A DNA stretch of 64,000 bases from Klebsormidium nitens (Eukaryota > Plantae > Klebsormidiophyceae): the NCBI GenBank assembly GCA_000708835.1, contig DF237043.1, positions 124,001 through 188,000 of the forward strand, written 5' to 3'. Each line of letters opens with the position of its first letter. Position 1 is the stretch's first letter. Below, in pieces: positions 61,165-64,000 of this stretch. A program made the position numbers and the translations under genes. The notes under the pieces were generated by a model that did not search any database, was not told the origin of the DNA, and saw nothing but the letters and a program-made list of their open reading frames with translations.

Positions 61165-61683
61165 CAGTGTTTCCCCTAATTATTTTGATTGCTGGCCGCC
61201 GGGCCGGCCGGGGCCTGAGTTTGTCGACCCGTTGGGCCGGGCCGACATCGCCATTGCCGGCCCAAGTCCCACCGCAATATATGGTAATCTCGCGCGCGCA
61301 CCCCACATTATAACTTTTACAGTTTCTGCTCCAGTTTCGTAATCTTTTATAAGTCTCTAGCTTTTTAACGTGAGAAATATCGACCAACTTCCTACCTCAC
61401 CTACCGAGGGGCTTATTTTGTGCTAGTTCTGGCCAGAAGTACCCGGGGGAGTGTTTTTCTTGGGACCAAAACCTTGAATTGTCATCAAATTCTATTCTCT
61501 TTAAACACTAAATACGATGACAGTGGAGCCAAAAATGTCACATGAACTTTCATTGCCGGCCCAAGAGGCCGGCCGGTGCCCCGCAATGCCGGCCGGATGG
61601 GCCGGAGGCCGGCCCCCATTGCCGGCCCAATTTGACCATTGCCGGCCATTTTACCAGAGAGTGGGCCGGCAGGAGAAACACTG
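61165..61683. mobile_element. Non-autonomous hAT-superfamily DNA transposon (MITE), 519 bp
   Basis: Terminal inverted repeats CAGTGTTTCCCCT (61165) and AGGAGAAACACTG (ending 61683). Perfect 8-bp target-site duplication AGTAGAAC at 61157-61164 and 61684-61691. Clustered subterminal GCCGGC(C) motifs at both ends; no transposase ORF. Confidence 0.93.
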
Positions 61684-61967
61684 AGTAGAACTGAGAATAG
61701 TCATAGCGCATGTAGTCAGCCTGTGTACGCGTAATATACGACTGGTAATAATGGTACGAATGGTAATATACGACGTACTGCAATCTTTAAGTTCTCAAAG
61801 CAACCGTCGGACTGTTAGTTAACCCTTAGTAATATACAATCGTTTGGAAGCAGGCTCGCAGGCCTGGCAATAACTTATAAGTAACTTGTATCGACCCACT
61901 GAACATTTTCGAGCTCACCGCATCATTGGGCCATCATGCATGCATTGGGTATATTTATGTAACATGA

Positions 61968-63300
61968 GCCCTCCACTCTGGCACCGCCGTATATCCGGAG
62001 CTTAGCGGGGTCGAAGTTCCGTTTTTGGCTTTTGCGGATGACGTTGTTCTGCTGTCGACGAGTGCGGCGGGGCTGCAGAAAAAGTTGGGGCTTCTGGAAG
62101 AGTTCAGTAAAGAGAGTGGGCTCCCGGTAAACCTTCAAAAGACGGAAGTTGTGGTCTTTGGGGGTCAGTTCGCTGTGCAGAAAGTGAGGAACGAGTTTCA
62201 GTATGCGGGAGAGCGGGTTGCAATTGCGCAGAGCTATCGCTATTTGGGGGTGCAATTTCATTGCAACGGCAATTTTCGGGAGGGGGTCCAGGTTCTGGCG
62301 GCGGCCGGGCGGAAAGCAGCTTTCGCTCTGGAGCAAAGGTGTGCGGAGTTGGGGGCGCGAAGGATAAGGACGCGGGTCGGTTTGTTTGACGTGCTCGTAG
62401 GGCCGATTCTGCAGTACGGGGCGGAAGTATGGGGCCCGGGGTACGGTCCAAGGTGGGGGTGGAACGGGGACGGGGATTGTGTGGAGAAAGTCCACCGGGC
62501 GTTTTTGCGGGGGCTCTTGCGGGTCAAGAAGTCGACTCTGTCCAAGGCGGTTCTAGGCGAGTTCGGCCGGTTCCCTCTGGTTCTGCCTAGATGGGAGCAG
62601 ATCTTTAGATTTGTTAATCGAACCGCGAACCTTCCGCAGGATCGACTAGCTCGGTTGGCCTTAGAGGAATCCAGGCGCATGTGGGCGGATGGTGAGGGAG
62701 GGTGGTTTGCAGAAGTCGTGGCAAAGGCCAGAGAGTTAGTTTTTGACGACAAAATTGTGCAGGGCTTTGATGTGAAGTCTCTCCGGAGTCTATCAGAATT
62801 TGCATACATGCAAGATTTGAGAGAAGAGCACGGTCGTAAGTACTGCACGTATTTTGAGGAGGTGAAGCAAGGCTACTCGTATGAGCCCTACTTAGACCAG
62901 ATAGAGCATGCGCCGTTTCTTCATGCGCTAGCCAAGTTCAGAGTCGGAGCTCATAATTTGGCTATTGAGACCGGAGCCTGGCAGGGGGTACCTAGAGCCG
63001 AAAGGTATTGTGCCTTGTGTGCAACGGGTGAAATAGAGGACGAACATCACTTCGTGTTCACTTGCCCAGTGTATACTGACCTCAGGATAGACTTCCCATA
63101 TATCTTTCAGGATAGAGGAGAGATAAACTTGAGAACGTTCCTTAGTCTACAAGATACTTACGTGATAGGAAAGTATTTGCACTTAAGCTTTGCATTAAGA
63201 GCGAGTTTAGTGCAGAGTTAGTAAATAGAGACATTCGTCGACTTAGCCGACCACGGCTCCGAACCGACGTTAAATCAACTAAATCTAAAATCTAAATCTA
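61968..63300 (+). mobile_element. 5'-truncated non-LTR retrotransposon (RTE/RTEX-like LINE): RT C-terminal half, zinc knuckle and 3' microsatellite tail
   Basis: Open frame from ~61968 to 63221 with PFLAFADDVVLL (RT catalytic motif), KTEVVVF, YRYLGVQF and C-terminal LAKFRVGAHNLAIETGAW...ERYCALC...EDEHHFVFTCPVY. Short 3' UTR ends in (TAAATC)n-like repeats at 63271-63300. The clade assignment is from memory of such motifs. Confidence 0.9.
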
Positions 63301-64000
63301 TAGCTCCCAACAAGACCGCCGGGTACGGTACCCAAGATCGAATCAAGCTTCAAAATAGGATATTCGAACCCCGCGTACATTTAAGTTCGGGCCGATTTCA
63401 CCCCCATCCTATTCAACATGCACGTCCTCGGACTCAAAGCTTTGCATGAAATTTTTCTCTGAAAGTTTGAGAACCTGAGCAACCGGCCAGGGTAATAGCA
63501 CGAATGTTGTCCATGTTTTGCTAGCTAGGTCGTGGCCATTCGCTAGCTCAAGTTGCCAATCTTTTAAGCATTGAATGTCGTCATTATCGATTCAAGCAGG
63601 GTAATACCGTGCAGAGGTACTATAGCTCGCCGTACGTGCATGACTTGGGTGCGTTCGGTGCATCATTCTGGTGATATAGAAGGAGACGACAATGATCTGT
63701 ATGTGCTTAGCTTCCAAGGAACCTTCCATAAAGAAGGGTCGTTGGCGCATAAAACTCGAATATTATCTACTCAGGGACGATTTCAATACGATTTGTCTTC
63801 AAGTACTGAAGTGGCAGGAACTGACGATTCCGGGTAAGCATGACTATTTTTGGATGCTCCATAAATATTTTGGAAGGCTGTAAGAGACATGGAACAAGCA
63901 TGGAACAAAATACTAATCTGGCTGCTGCATAAATGGGGTGCCGACAATTTATCACATATCCTACATTATTTCAACTTAGCAGCATAATCTACAATGGCGG

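Noticed and set aside
61550-61783. Tyr-rich minus-strand ORF
   Set aside because: It runs from low-complexity flank into the MITE end and is a compositional artefact.

Overview
This is eukaryotic nuclear DNA with GT-AG introns of about 0.2-1.2 kb and GC-rich exons. The plant-type TPI, anthranilate synthase and DUF309 genes suggest a streptophyte green alga, Klebsormidium-like (inference). I reconstructed nine intron-containing genes by hand. In order: TIMELESS (+, 5' end outside the window), an uncharacterised gene resembling a degenerate P-loop NTPase with a 1-nt frameshift (-), a fused YeeE/YedE sulfur transporter (+), organellar MnmG/GidA (-), a NAPE-PLD-like metallo-beta-lactamase (+), cytosolic TPI (+), a small HSP with upstream heat-shock elements (+), anthranilate synthase alpha (-) and a DUF309 protein (+). 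A tenth gene encodes a GIY-YIG-like protein with an extra C-terminal domain (+). The right end holds a 519-bp hAT-type MITE with a perfect 8-bp target-site duplication and a 5'-truncated RTE/RTEX-like LINE. The most striking unexplained structure is about 25 decayed copies ('echoes') of the genes' own exon-intron junctions lying inside the adjacent intron. Donor echoes sit downstream and acceptor echoes upstream, usually 90-215 nt from the real junction or the next copy, and in two introns they form 5-6-unit arrays. All calls were made by eye; no searches or alignments were run.
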